A DNA stretch of 64,000 bases. It comes from a virus. The translations under genes were made by a program, and so were the position numbers. The stretch is taken from IMG/VR virus record IMGVR_UViG_3300048919_000265, one strand, 5' to 3'. The notes beneath the pieces were generated by a model that saw only the letters and a program-made list of their open reading frames with translations, did no database searches and was not told the origin of the DNA. Positions 39,328 through 49,273 of the stretch are shown one piece after another; positions within the stretch are counted from its first letter, which is position 1; the number at the start of each line of letters is the position of its first letter.

Positions 39328-40200
39328 TTAATTTCCTGTTCCAAGAGAGGCACTATTTTTCTTTTGTTGTGCCTGTTGCGCCTTAATCTTAGCTGTACCT
39401 GCATTAAATGTAACATCAGATGGAGTTTGATCTTCATCAATGTACAATCTGATTGCCAGATCTCCAGATTTCTTAGCCAACTCAAGATTAGCATATTCTT
39501 TTTCATCCACACTGAAAACCATTTCATTAGTGGAGCCTAACACAACTGCCTGCTCCCCATTTGGATTAGTTTGAACTTGTTGGGTTCCTGCGCCTAACGG
39601 TCTAATGTTAGTGATCTTTTTCTTAGAGAGTACAACATCATAATCTCCGTTACCATAATCTACAACTACGTCAACTAGATTACCGATTTGTGCTTGACCA
39701 GCGACAGTATTTGTGATAGGGTATTCCTTCAATCTATCAAATTTACCAAACCAATCAGCCTGATCTGTAAGTTGATTTAGGGACACCTGTCCATTACTAA
39801 CCATATCCACTGTAAGCACTTTACCAATAAGCAAACTTTGATCAGGCACGGGTGCTTCAACTGCGAAATCCAATGGTACTTGTTTTACTATAATATTTTT
39901 CTTAACGATTTCATCCGTAAGCAAAGTATACTTACTAATCTTAGCACCAGGTTTGATAAATGCACTAGTTGTTTTAGGCATAGCATTAACGTCAACCTGC
40001 GCGATAGTTTCTTCGCGTGTAGTGGCTCTTACATGCGGGACAACTGCAAATTGGTAAATACCAACAACCAACAGCGCAGTAGCCAATCCTATGCCTATTC
40101 TGATGGCAGTCCCTCTGTCCATCTCCTTAAGGTTAAAACTGAACTTCTTTGGTTCTTCCGTGGAGAAACTGTCCTCAGACTTTTTTATAAATCTGTTCAT
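39328..40200 (-). CDS. CpaB/RcpC-like (SAF domain) pilus assembly protein
   Basis: TM, then SAF-like LIGKVLTVDMVSNGQVSLNQL and RcpC-like VAGQAQIGNLVDVVV...VFSVDEKEYANLELAKKSGDLAIRLY. Confidence 0.75.
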   Translation of the reverse strand: MNRFIKKSEDSFSTEEPKKFSFNLKEMDRGTAIRIGIGLATALLVVGIYQFAVVPHVRATTREETIAQVDVNAMPKTTSAFIKPGAKISKYTLLTDEIVKKNIIVKQVPLDFAVEAPVPDQSLLIGKVLTVDMVSNGQVSLNQLTDQADWFGKFDRLKEYPITNTVAGQAQIGNLVDVVVDYGNGDYDVVLSKKKITNIRPLGAGTQQVQTNPNGEQAVVLGSTNEMVFSVDEKEYANLELAKKSGDLAIRLYIDEDQTPSDVTFNAGTAKIKAQQAQQKKNSASLGTGN

Positions 40201-40218
40201 CCCTACAACTCCCTTAGC

Positions 40219-41142
40219 TTAATAACGCTTGACAAGCGTGAACCCAGATGCATTATAATTACGATACCTAAAGAGTTCGTTATTACTTACGCCCTCTGAG
40301 TCAGCTGCATAAATAATAAAAAATGTAATACCCTCTAACACATTAAAGTTACTTATCTCGCGTAGCTCGTTGTAATAATCCTGCTTTTCTTTTATATTCA
40401 TTCCCGATGTATCTTTGTTTTCAAATCCAGCAGTTCTTATCTGAATTTGAAATCCATTACTATCGTTAGCTGGATCATAAGTAACTTCCTGCACTACCCG
40501 ATTAATATTAGAAATAACAGTTTTATCCCTGATCTCTTTATCCAATCTTTTGCCTCCTACAAACACATCCTTATTATGCAACTTCACAGCAGTAATCTTG
40601 GTATCTTTCTTTTCGTAATACATGCTGGTTTCATCCCGAAGATTAACATAAATAAGTCTACCACTATCATCAGTAAGTGTATAAAACATAGGAGGCAACC
40701 ATTCAAAACTAATATTATAATCTGAAGGATTATTAACATTTCCTCCAGGTTTAAGACTAGTCTTCCTTTCGGCTACATAAAACTTGTCACCATAAGTTAG
40801 CACAAGTGCAGGAATACTAGCCTGCACTTGTGCTAATTTATCCGCATCCAAATAACGACTATACAGCAAATTGTTAAATTCACTCACAAGACGATCTTTA
40901 TCTATCTTGATCATATCTTCATTCTCTAAGTAATACCCCAATGAAAAAACTTCGTAATTCGCTCCCTCTAAATCTATCGCATTTACAAGCACCTTAGATG
41001 CTAAATTGAGAGTTTGCTTTGTTTTCTGTACATCCAAGTCGTTAATGGTTTGCCTTGCGGAAGGATAAAAAATCATAACAAATACCACCAAAAATCCTAA
41101 CCCAGCCGCAAAATTACGCAATTGTTTTTCCTCCTCAACCAT
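40219..41142 (-). CDS. TadE/TadG-like pseudopilin-type protein
   Basis: N-terminal TM followed by an amphipathic helix; first gene of the tad-like operon. Confidence 0.5.
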   Translation of the reverse strand: MVEEEKQLRNFAAGLGFLVVFVMIFYPSARQTINDLDVQKTKQTLNLASKVLVNAIDLEGANYEVFSLGYYLENEDMIKIDKDRLVSEFNNLLYSRYLDADKLAQVQASIPALVLTYGDKFYVAERKTSLKPGGNVNNPSDYNISFEWLPPMFYTLTDDSGRLIYVNLRDETSMYYEKKDTKITAVKLHNKDVFVGGKRLDKEIRDKTVISNINRVVQEVTYDPANDSNGFQIQIRTAGFENKDTSGMNIKEKQDYYNELREISNFNVLEGITFFIIYAADSEGVSNNELFRYRNYNASGFTLVKRY

Positions 41143-41297
41143 TTCCTACCCTTATAACTTAGCATCAACCAACTCCAAAAATAGAATATGTAACTTACTC
41201 ATACAAGAACTTAAACGGCACCGACTTTAATAAATAAACCAGCCGCACATATCCTAATTGCCATCACCTCCTTAACTTAATCAACTCAATATGTAAG

Positions 41298-41429
41298 CTA
41301 TACAGCCCTAAAGGCGCGTATAGCAGATACAACCATAACAATACCTACAGAATAAACCAACCTATCTTCTTTGAAACATATAATAACAGCAACCAAACAA
41401 ATTACCATAACTCCAACATGAAATCTCAT
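41298..41429 (-). CDS. small two-TM membrane protein (43 aa; not in ORF track)
   Basis: SD GGAGGT, then MRFHVGVMVICLVAVIICFKEDRLVYSVGIVMVVSAIRAFRAV*. Confidence 0.55.
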   Translation of the reverse strand: MRFHVGVMVICLVAVIICFKEDRLVYSVGIVMVVSAIRAFRAV

Positions 41430-41446
41430 TAGACCTCCGAAATAAA

Positions 41447-41481
41447 TAGGTGGTTGAGCTAACTTTCAGCTCAACCACCTA
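41447..41481 (-). terminator. intrinsic terminator after the 41486 gene
   Basis: 14-bp stem taggtggttgagct/agctcaaccaccta with 7-nt loop; TATTTATTT follows on the minus strand. Confidence 0.8.
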
Positions 41482-41485
41482 AATG

Positions 41486-44398
41486 CTACCATTCGCGGAA
41501 ATACTTTAAGTCGTCCTTTAAAGTATGCTGTAAATTGAACCATATTACTTCTCCATGGTTCACACCTAATCCTAACAAGTCTTTACCAGTAGGGCGATTC
41601 TTACCATAAGCATTTAGTTGACTAGTGCCCCACATATTCTGTGCAGCCCAACGATCCTCCATAAAGGTATATCTGAGTGGCAAGCTATGCCCTTCTCTGT
41701 ATCCTTCAATAGTGAATGTTACCAATTCTTTATATTTGCTCATATTAGTACCCTTAGCTAAATCCAACTTTCGTCCCTTTAACACGAACTTAGTAGTTGG
41801 AGGTAAAAACGTCCTATGCATGATTGTCTTATACCTATCTGGATCTGTATCACTCTCGTACATTGGAAGGATTACCTTATTCAAATCTACTGTAGCCTCA
41901 TACAATTTCCTCTTACCAGCATTAACCTGATCGCTAAACGTCACTAGGTCAGCCTCGCCTGAATACTCACTATCAGGCAGTTTTATAAACTTCCCTTTTG
42001 CATCTTCTACAAACACATCATGGAAAGAAGTTATCACACCATTCTTATCAATACCATGATAATCCATCTTCAGCACAATCTTGTCTTTCTCACCATCAAA
42101 ACCTACCACATCAAACTTATAATCTGCTCCATACCCAAGGCTTACATTCTTGCCTTGCTTATTGCTGTAGATTGGCATATCCATCGTACCAATTCCATTA
42201 GTTTTCAACCCGGTCTCTTCGCCTGTAGGAGACATAAACAAACTCTTCCATGAAAAATCGGCAACACTGTTAACCCGAAGATTCTTTATCTTATTAATAA
42301 ATATCTTCGGACTAACAGTCTGTGTCACATTCCCCGCACGATCTGTTTGCTTGATATGAAGATACCAAGTCCCTTCCTTCATATCATCATAATCTGTAGC
42401 CTGAAACTTATCATACTGATCCTTACTGTCAATGTTCAAAGAAACCCATTCCGACATCTGGTTAGACCCAGTCGCATAATCTGGAGTCCCAACCGGAATC
42501 TCATTCCATTCACCTTTCCAGCCATTAACTGCATACTTCGTTAAAACTGGACTTTTACTCCAACTAAATTCCGTTTTAACTACCCCACTAAGCTCGTCAC
42601 CAACCCTGATCTTAACGGTATTATTTTTAGCCACAATATAATCAAACTTACCTTGATCATCTATTCCGCCGTTACCTAACTGAAATTCTGCTGGATACGG
42701 GTTAATTGCATCATACCTGTAATCAGTGTAGACGTACGTCTGCGGTCCATCAGGTAAAATCTCAGGCCACCCAGCCCAATCTCCTAACGTCGTCTTTATA
42801 ACATACACACCCTGCTGTGCAATAGTAATAATTGGATTCCAAAGCTTATCCTTGTCGTTAGCCGTGGCGTTCATGTTACCGTCACCGTAGTAACTAATGT
42901 TGGTAACATCGTACTTAGTGCCAAAGAATCCAGACACATTATCAGTATCTTTAATATTCACCACAATAGGCTGATTAGTCCAATCCTTCTTGGTAATATT
43001 AATCGTATGAATTGGTTTGGTCTTATCAACTCTGTAAATACCTGAATCCCCTGTAATTGGTGGCGGAGTTGCGGGCCTATCAGGCTTAATAGCTGTTGTT
43101 CTAGGCGGAAGAATCCATGTTTCCTCACCGGGAAGCCACTGCACTTCCCCATGCAATTTCATGTTACCATCTTCTTTAGTAATCACAACATTATTAATTC
43201 CCTCGGCATCTCCAGTAATCTTGATATGATCAATATCAGCTTCCTGCACCCAGATATATTTCACGATAACAGGACGATAGCAAGTATCATCTATACCACA
43301 CCTGTATGCTTGTTCCCCTATAACATTCTTTGAATACCTGACTGGCTGATAATTCACGACATATGCGTGGACCGGCACATCTTTACGACTCCAGTCCCTG
43401 ACAATTGGGGGTTGCATCCCCATGGTGTTTTCAGGATCAAATTTAATTTGCCCATATCCACCTATACTCGTATCCCCACCAGGAAGTAGCTCTCCTACAG
43501 CGATAGTAACGGTATCCATTAACACGTAAGGCCCGGTTGTAAACTTGACGGTAACCTTAGCTGTTCCTTTTGCTTTTGCGTAAATTTCACCTTGGTACCC
43601 AACTGTTACTATGTTACTATCGGAAGTACTCCAGGTGGTAGTGGGACGATAGGTAACGTCCACTTTACCAGTGCTTGGTTGATAACCCGTAGTGGTGACA
43701 AAGGCTTCCAACTGTCCGGTATCCCCCACCTTCACTTCTTGATCTTTCAGCAACTCTATTTCTTTGGTTTGTTTTACTGTACCTTTCCAGCCTAACGTCA
43801 TAGGTATATCGTAACCCACTAACCACTTAGGTTGCCCGTTTGGTCTATTCTTTGATGTCTTATCTTGATGGTCCCAATTAGGTCCTCCAGTAGCAACATT
43901 GATATCAATATATTCTCCATTGCCAGACCACACGTTAGGTGCCGTATCTTCTGGTTTATGATTATAATTACCAGGCTTCCATTCAGAACTACCGGCGGAA
44001 ATCATCGCGTCTAGTATATCCCCACGAGCATACTTTGTTTTATTGGCATCTAAAAACTCCACAGGCTTGTAAGGAGACATATCAATTACAGAGCGCATAT
44101 ACGTCTGACCAGAAGGATACGGATCCGAATTATCTCCACCCATAGGAGCGAATACTTTCGAACCCGCTTTTTCTGACTCCGCTGTGAAAGAACCATCATC
44201 CAACTGCGTCCAATAAATAGCTGGATTGGCTGGTGATATACCAAGGACTGGTATAGTTAGGGTTTGTTTTTGCCCTTCTGCAGGTTCTATAGTTGCAGGA
44301 CCGGGACCCGCAATTGCTGCTTGAGAATCACTAGTCCTTAGCACTATAACACTTAGTGTAAATAATATCCCCATTAATAAGACTTTATGATACTTCAT
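41486..44398 (-). CDS. large secreted protein with a bacterial Ig-like (Big_2) domain
   Basis: Signal peptide ending SQAA; Big_2-like VKVGDTGQL...TWSTSDSNIVTV..GEIYAKAKGTAKVTV; DRAGN Ig-like units. Confidence 0.8.
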   Translation of the reverse strand: MKYHKVLLMGILFTLSVIVLRTSDSQAAIAGPGPATIEPAEGQKQTLTIPVLGISPANPAIYWTQLDDGSFTAESEKAGSKVFAPMGGDNSDPYPSGQTYMRSVIDMSPYKPVEFLDANKTKYARGDILDAMISAGSSEWKPGNYNHKPEDTAPNVWSGNGEYIDINVATGGPNWDHQDKTSKNRPNGQPKWLVGYDIPMTLGWKGTVKQTKEIELLKDQEVKVGDTGQLEAFVTTTGYQPSTGKVDVTYRPTTTWSTSDSNIVTVGYQGEIYAKAKGTAKVTVKFTTGPYVLMDTVTIAVGELLPGGDTSIGGYGQIKFDPENTMGMQPPIVRDWSRKDVPVHAYVVNYQPVRYSKNVIGEQAYRCGIDDTCYRPVIVKYIWVQEADIDHIKITGDAEGINNVVITKEDGNMKLHGEVQWLPGEETWILPPRTTAIKPDRPATPPPITGDSGIYRVDKTKPIHTINITKKDWTNQPIVVNIKDTDNVSGFFGTKYDVTNISYYGDGNMNATANDKDKLWNPIITIAQQGVYVIKTTLGDWAGWPEILPDGPQTYVYTDYRYDAINPYPAEFQLGNGGIDDQGKFDYIVAKNNTVKIRVGDELSGVVKTEFSWSKSPVLTKYAVNGWKGEWNEIPVGTPDYATGSNQMSEWVSLNIDSKDQYDKFQATDYDDMKEGTWYLHIKQTDRAGNVTQTVSPKIFINKIKNLRVNSVADFSWKSLFMSPTGEETGLKTNGIGTMDMPIYSNKQGKNVSLGYGADYKFDVVGFDGEKDKIVLKMDYHGIDKNGVITSFHDVFVEDAKGKFIKLPDSEYSGEADLVTFSDQVNAGKRKLYEATVDLNKVILPMYESDTDPDRYKTIMHRTFLPPTTKFVLKGRKLDLAKGTNMSKYKELVTFTIEGYREGHSLPLRYTFMEDRWAAQNMWGTSQLNAYGKNRPTGKDLLGLGVNHGEVIWFNLQHTLKDDLKYFREW

Positions 44399-45619
44399 TT
44401 ATTTACTTAATTCAAAGATAGCAGAGGTAGAAGTTACGCCAGCAACTACTGCTCTGTTTTTATCCAACAACACAGGTGACCAAACATCTCTCTTCACACC
44501 AGCTTTGAAAAGGTCACTTGTTTTCTCATAAGGGGAATCATTACCACCGTAGCGTGCGGGAACGGCAATATAACCATACAATTTAGGCAAAGTCAGATCT
44601 TTGCTAGTGCGACCGGTGATATTAGCGGCGCTATTTGTAAACGTATTCGAAGTTACTAAATCTTTATTAGCTGTGTACTGCACATTAGACCAAGCAGTGT
44701 ATGCAGTTTGGATTGGATACTTAGGAAACATCTTCGCATAAACACTAGTTGGTTTTGCATTATAAGTATCGATCACAATATAATGCTGCAACGAAAGTTT
44801 ACCGCTATAATTTTCGGCATTCATTTCCTTACCAATAATATTTGCAATCGATAATTCTTTACCGGTTGCTCCGCTTTTACCCCAAGTTGCCCCTGCCAAC
44901 GTCACCATATTAGTACCCGTCGTACCGACTTCTCGTAGCTCGTTCAAAGCCTGGAAACTACTTGCTTCTTTGCCTTCAGCAGCCATATATCTATACAGCA
45001 TACTTACCATCTCTGCACGTGTTACATTACCTTGCGCATTAAAGTTACCATTTTGATCCCCATTCATAACTCCCGTACCAATCAAAATACCAGCATTAAC
45101 TTTATCCCTAGAACTCAACCCGCCTTTGAAATTTTCAGCCACTGGTACGATGGTATTAGCCAAATCAGCATCGACATTTTCATATCCAGCACCATTAGCT
45201 TTCAATCCATTCACCAACCACTGTGCCACTTCTGCACGGGTCATAGCTTCATTTGGATGAAAGTTATCACCGTAACTCGCAGCATTCACAAATCCCTTTG
45301 CTACTGCTTGTGTAATAGCGTCATGTGCCCAATGCTTCGCAGTCACATCGTAAAACACATCACCTTGTCCATCTACTTTACTCTTCGTAGCACGTGTAAT
45401 AATACTCGCAAATTCTGCGCGAGTCACTACTCCATTCGGTTTAAAACTAGCATCCTGATAACCCTTAACATAACCGTCTGAAATAGCTTTAGTAATCTCT
45501 GTTTTCGCCCAATGATTACTAATGTCTTTAAAGCTAGCTGCATCTACTTGTGCCGCACCTGCAATAACCCCAGCTGCTACGGTAAATGCCATCATACCTG
45601 CCATTACCTTTTTCTCCAT
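44399..45619 (-). CDS. S-layer homology (SLH) domain protein
   Basis: Signal peptide MEKKVMAG...VDAA; SLH motifs FKDISNHWAK..GYQDASFKPNGVVTRAEF, FYDV..HWAH..TRAEVA, FNAQGNVTRAEM. Start revised to 45619 (SD GGGAG; track 45661). Confidence 0.9.
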   Translation of the reverse strand: MEKKVMAGMMAFTVAAGVIAGAAQVDAASFKDISNHWAKTEITKAISDGYVKGYQDASFKPNGVVTRAEFASIITRATKSKVDGQGDVFYDVTAKHWAHDAITQAVAKGFVNAASYGDNFHPNEAMTRAEVAQWLVNGLKANGAGYENVDADLANTIVPVAENFKGGLSSRDKVNAGILIGTGVMNGDQNGNFNAQGNVTRAEMVSMLYRYMAAEGKEASSFQALNELREVGTTGTNMVTLAGATWGKSGATGKELSIANIIGKEMNAENYSGKLSLQHYIVIDTYNAKPTSVYAKMFPKYPIQTAYTAWSNVQYTANKDLVTSNTFTNSAANITGRTSKDLTLPKLYGYIAVPARYGGNDSPYEKTSDLFKAGVKRDVWSPVLLDKNRAVVAGVTSTSAIFELSK

Positions 45620-45652
45620 TGTTCCAAACACTCCCATAATTTTAGTCATCCT

Positions 45653-45680
45653 ATTATCCACCCTTCAAATTTTTGATCAA
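45653..45680 (-). promoter_or_regulatory. candidate sigmaA-type promoter for the SLH gene
   Basis: TTGATC-N16-GATAAT immediately downstream of a terminator. Confidence 0.35.
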
Positions 45681-45685
45681 CCCTG

Positions 45686-45716
45686 AAAAAGACGTAGCAC
45701 ATCCTCCTTCGTCTTT
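45686..45716 (-). terminator. probable intrinsic terminator after vapC
   Basis: AAAGACG-N15-CGTCTTT followed by further T residues on the minus strand. Confidence 0.55.
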
Positions 45717-45717
45717 A

Positions 45718-46137
45718 CTAAAACAAATCCATTTCTTCCAACTTCCTAAAATTAATAACGTCAATGCCATACTCTTTACCAAAAGATAAATCCGAATCAG
45801 CGGTAACTAGGGCACAATCATGTACTATAGCCGTTGCCAAAATCAAAGCATCCGGAGTTTTTAATCTTCTACCAACTAACTCTTTCTGTTTCCGTCTTAT
45901 TCTACCTGCAAGACGAGCTATTTCAGAAGTCACTTCAAAAAACTCTATGTCCGATAAAAAAGAAAAATCCTGTAGGTTTGTGTCTAAACCTATACCTGAT
46001 ACAAATTCTGACTCAGTTACTACTGAACAGAATACGGCAGCTTGTGCGTTCATTCTCAATAATCGTATAATCCCACTATCTGCATTCCCTAATCCTATCA
46101 GAGCATTAGTATCCAAAAGTATCTTTCTCAATCCCAA
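45718..46137 (-). CDS. vapC: PIN-domain toxin (VapC family), ends EEMDLF
   Basis: ILLDTNALI, SVVTESE, LKTPDALILATA, LVTADSD carry the acidic PIN tetrad. Confidence 0.9.
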   Translation of the reverse strand: MGLRKILLDTNALIGLGNADSGIIRLLRMNAQAAVFCSVVTESEFVSGIGLDTNLQDFSFLSDIEFFEVTSEIARLAGRIRRKQKELVGRRLKTPDALILATAIVHDCALVTADSDLSFGKEYGIDVINFRKLEEMDLF

Positions 46138-46394
46138 CCGTCCCTACCCTCTCTCACGCTTTCTTCAATCTTCTGTATATCACCAGGCTTTAATTCACCT
46201 GGTAACTTCAGCAATGCTCGCACGCTTGGGGACATCTTTACCCATTCATCTTCGGGTATTACTGGGATCTTAGAAGCGGCTATTTCTTCCACCGTTTCTT
46301 TATCCACATCCAATGACAGCTTCCCCTTAATGCCAGCCTTCTTCAATAAGGCAAACAAGTTCTTTTTGGTTTCTTCATTTAAAGTCTTAGCCAT
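46128..46394 (-). CDS. putative VapB-type antitoxin
   Basis: 88 aa, directly upstream of and overlapping the PIN gene by 10 nt. Confidence 0.65.
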   Translation of the reverse strand: MAKTLNEETKKNLFALLKKAGIKGKLSLDVDKETVEEIAASKIPVIPEDEWVKMSPSVRALLKLPGELKPGDIQKIEESVREGRDGWD

Positions 46395-46415
46395 CGTTAG
46401 CTACTCCCTTCTTGT

Positions 46416-46598
46416 CTAAGCCGCCTCATCAAGTCGTTAATCTTCCCTGTCCTCTTCCAAGAACTTTAACAGTTTCGTCTCTTCTTACTTAGTTAAACAC
46501 CCAGAATTTTCTAACAAGATCCTAGAAGATCTATCTTTTATGTGAGAAAAATCTTTCCGCTGTGTTTCGTTAGTGACTGCTTCGTCAGAGAGATCCAA
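46416..46598 (-). pseudogene. possible decayed small ORF
   Basis: TTG start; LDLSDE...SGCLTK*EETKLLKFLEEDRED*RLDEAA*, with two in-frame TAA codons in an otherwise protein-like frame. Confidence 0.3.
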
Positions 46599-46614
46599 TA
46601 TAATCCCGCCTTCC

Positions 46615-47337
46615 TTAAACTATTTCACCATTTCGATTGAGTAAATTTCGCTCAACTTCCAGTGCATCTTTTAAATATTTAGCTAATCCCTTCACATCAT
46701 CATTTCGTAAACAATCGAGATACTCTGCTTTGGTCGCCACATTAATAACAACAGGTGCACAACCTTCATGCAACAACACCCAATTAATCAACAATCTTCC
46801 TGTCCTACCATTCCCATCAGGGTAAGGATGTACCTTTTCAAACTCCAAATGAAACCATGCGACAGCCTCTAGCAAATCCTCTTCTGACTCAACGTACTTT
46901 AATCTACCATCCATCAGATTACTGATCAAATACTGCATCTCTGTAGGAACTTTTTCCGGTGCAGTAGTTAGTCGACTACCCACAATATTCTGAGTTCTTT
47001 TAAATGCACCAGCTTCTCCGTCAATATTTGTCATAACTAGTTTATGAATATTATGAATAACCGATATACTCAAGTCCAACTTACACACTTCCAATACGTA
47101 ATTCCAAGCTGCTTTTAGATTCTGCAGTTCATTAACTTCTCGTAAAGAAACTGGTCTACTGAACACTGGCACAAATCCATCCACTAACAACACTTGTGTT
47201 TCGGATTCTGTAACAGTATTTCCTTCAATAGCAGCCGAACTATGAACAGATCTCACCAAGAAGCTTTCTAAATACTGCGTATCTTCTTTAATCAGTTCGA
47301 CCAAATCTTTTTTATTAAACGCATCCATAGGTATCAC
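46615..47337 (-). CDS. Fic-domain protein, class II (N-terminal inhibitory helix)
   Basis: Fic motif HPYPDGNGRTGR; inhibitory motif SSAAIEGN. Confidence 0.92.
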   Translation of the reverse strand: MIPMDAFNKKDLVELIKEDTQYLESFLVRSVHSSAAIEGNTVTESETQVLLVDGFVPVFSRPVSLREVNELQNLKAAWNYVLEVCKLDLSISVIHNIHKLVMTNIDGEAGAFKRTQNIVGSRLTTAPEKVPTEMQYLISNLMDGRLKYVESEEDLLEAVAWFHLEFEKVHPYPDGNGRTGRLLINWVLLHEGCAPVVINVATKAEYLDCLRNDDVKGLAKYLKDALEVERNLLNRNGEIV

Positions 47338-47518
47338 GCATATTCCTCCCTAATGATCCTGCATTAACTCTATAGTAACGAGGAAACTTCCCCATCACTA
47401 ACAATTAACGCATATCTTGCTGAACCCAATCTCTTACCCTTACTTCCAATTCACAGTTTAATAATCTGGAACTTTGTAAAGTTCAGGTTGTAGACTTTCG
47501 CAGAAATCTCTATTTATG

Positions 47519-47908
47519 TTACCATAAACGGGGATGGACATCTTTACAAGTCAGCTCCTCACCTTCGAATCTTAACCACACATAGTCATCATATAAAACT
47601 CCATGTGTCTTTTTAACAATTTCGTTCGGATTATACTCTTCTAATCCTAATGCTTTTAACAATTTGTCGGCATGATGTCTCGATCGAGGAAAACAGCGTG
47701 ATTCAAGGTAATCAACAACATCAAACAAGGTTACAGTATCTTTAGTAGGAAACGGCAGAAACACAGGATCAACCGCTTTATCTTGCCAAACATTAACCTT
47801 TTTATTAGTGTAATCTACTTCTACCCGAGCAATAACATCATCTTTCTCCAAGACCTCGAATTTAAGCGAAGGAGGTTTAAAAAAGTTCATGCCTTTCACA
47901 CCTACCAC
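47519..47908 (-). CDS. small protein resembling those found next to HipA-like kinases
   Basis: LESRCFPRSR..LLKALGLEEYNP.EIVKKTHG.LYDDYVWLRF; family assignment from memory, unverified. Confidence 0.45.
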   Translation of the reverse strand: MVGVKGMNFFKPPSLKFEVLEKDDVIARVEVDYTNKKVNVWQDKAVDPVFLPFPTKDTVTLFDVVDYLESRCFPRSRHHADKLLKALGLEEYNPNEIVKKTHGVLYDDYVWLRFEGEELTCKDVHPRLW

Positions 47909-47914
47909 TCCTTT

Positions 47915-48364
47915 CTAACTTAGTTCCCTTTCTAACCTTGAAACAAAATTCCATACAAACTTTTGACAAATCTGCAACATATGGTAAGACTTCCATCCCC
48001 ACAGTTTTTCCATTGGCCTAAAGTCCCTTTTAAGATTAACTGAAGCTAGCTTTTCCTCCGAGATTATGAATAGCTGCTGGGTGTAGTACGAATTATACAA
48101 CAAGTGATCGTCCATGAAATACAAGATTTGTGAACCCAGTACTGCGTAATCTTTCCAGCCTTTCTGAATATACTCACCTAATCTCTCATCCAATAACCAC
48201 ATAAAATATTTTGTACATTCCACTCTCTCGTTCCATGACTCTGAAAAAACCACATCCAACTCCTGTGAACTTGAAACCCTATCCTCACCCAACCTAGCCA
48301 GATAGGAATCACAGTATTGAGTAAGATACTTCAGTATCTGTTCATCACTCAAAAGTTTCCCCAT
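47915..48364 (-). CDS. hypothetical protein translationally coupled to the nucleotidyltransferase
   Basis: TAATG stop/start overlap at 48364. Confidence 0.7.
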   Translation of the reverse strand: MGKLLSDEQILKYLTQYCDSYLARLGEDRVSSSQELDVVFSESWNERVECTKYFMWLLDERLGEYIQKGWKDYAVLGSQILYFMDDHLLYNSYYTQQLFIISEEKLASVNLKRDFRPMEKLWGWKSYHMLQICQKFVWNFVSRLERELS

Positions 48365-48900
48365 TAATCGAACATCCTATCATTCCCAGAATCATATCTT
48401 TCTCCTAACACACTATGGTATGAGCTATCTATTACATAATAGCTTCCACCATATCCGTCCCTAAACTTAGGATAATACCTCTTAAAATCTTCTCGACTCA
48501 CTAACCCTTTCTGAAACAACATCTTTACATCATCAATATCCTTATCCAATCCCCTGCCTAATTTAACTAAAGCGACATCCAACGCTCCCAATGAAAAAAC
48601 AGTAACTTTTCTAAACTCCGCAATAACATTCAATCTGTCCTTGTAATCAGGCATTAAAAACAATATCCCCTCATTCACTACTTGAATGGCATATTTAGAC
48701 GACGCCAAAGACTGCACTGTATTTAAGATATCTATGTCTTCAGTCTTCCTGTCTAGATTATAACCCAATATCAAAGAGGAAGCACCTATCACAATAATCT
48801 CAGACCTAATCCCTATCTCTCGACTAAACTGCTCTAACCGATTAAGGATCTCTTCTTTATCTAGATCCTTGCTGTGATTGAAAAAATTCATCTCATTCAT
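48364..48900 (-). CDS. nucleotidyltransferase, DUF6036/AbiEii-like
   Basis: IIVIGASSL...RKTEDIDIL (G-[AG]..RxTxDxD), KLGRGLDKDIDD. Start revised to ATG 48900 (track 48972). Confidence 0.7.
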   Translation of the reverse strand: MNEMNFFNHSKDLDKEEILNRLEQFSREIGIRSEIIVIGASSLILGYNLDRKTEDIDILNTVQSLASSKYAIQVVNEGILFLMPDYKDRLNVIAEFRKVTVFSLGALDVALVKLGRGLDKDIDDVKMLFQKGLVSREDFKRYYPKFRDGYGGSYYVIDSSYHSVLGERYDSGNDRMFD

Positions 48901-48987
48901 CGAGTATAACACCCTTTCGATCTGAAATAAGACAACACTGTGGATCACTAAGTATAATGCGCATCTAAACACATACTGTCAAGATAT

Positions 48988-49212
48988 TTACTCAACTTCA
49001 TATCCAAGTATCAACATTTTAGCAAATTCTAATGGTGGAATATTATTTAAAACTTCCAACTCCTGCGTAAAGGTAGATTTCATTCTAATACCATTACCAG
49101 AAAAACTCTTACAGTGTCCAATTAAGTCGAACTGCTTAGACCATTTATCTTTTCCTAGTTTATCTAGTGCAACGGCTATCTCTTTATTAACCTTGACTTT
49201 CATAGTCGTCAC
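48988..49212 (-). CDS. small phage-like protein (DUF1642-like C-terminus)
   Basis: Ends FAKMLILGYEVE; GTG start with SD AAAGGTG. Confidence 0.55.
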   Translation of the reverse strand: MTTMKVKVNKEIAVALDKLGKDKWSKQFDLIGHCKSFSGNGIRMKSTFTQELEVLNNIPPLEFAKMLILGYEVE

Positions 49213-49273
49213 CTTTCTTTAGGTAAAATCATACTTTGTCTCAAATAATATTAGCACTGACTCTGCGATCCCA

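Noticed and set aside
41160-41270. SD AAGGAGGTG followed by very short ORFs
   Set aside because: Only 7-17 codon frames with poor spacing; nothing to support a gene.
47460-47545. Frameshifted extension or overlapping 27-aa ORF (MSIPVYGNINRDF...) at the end of the 47519 gene
   Set aside because: SD spacing is too long and there is no independent support; cannot be told from chance without homologs.
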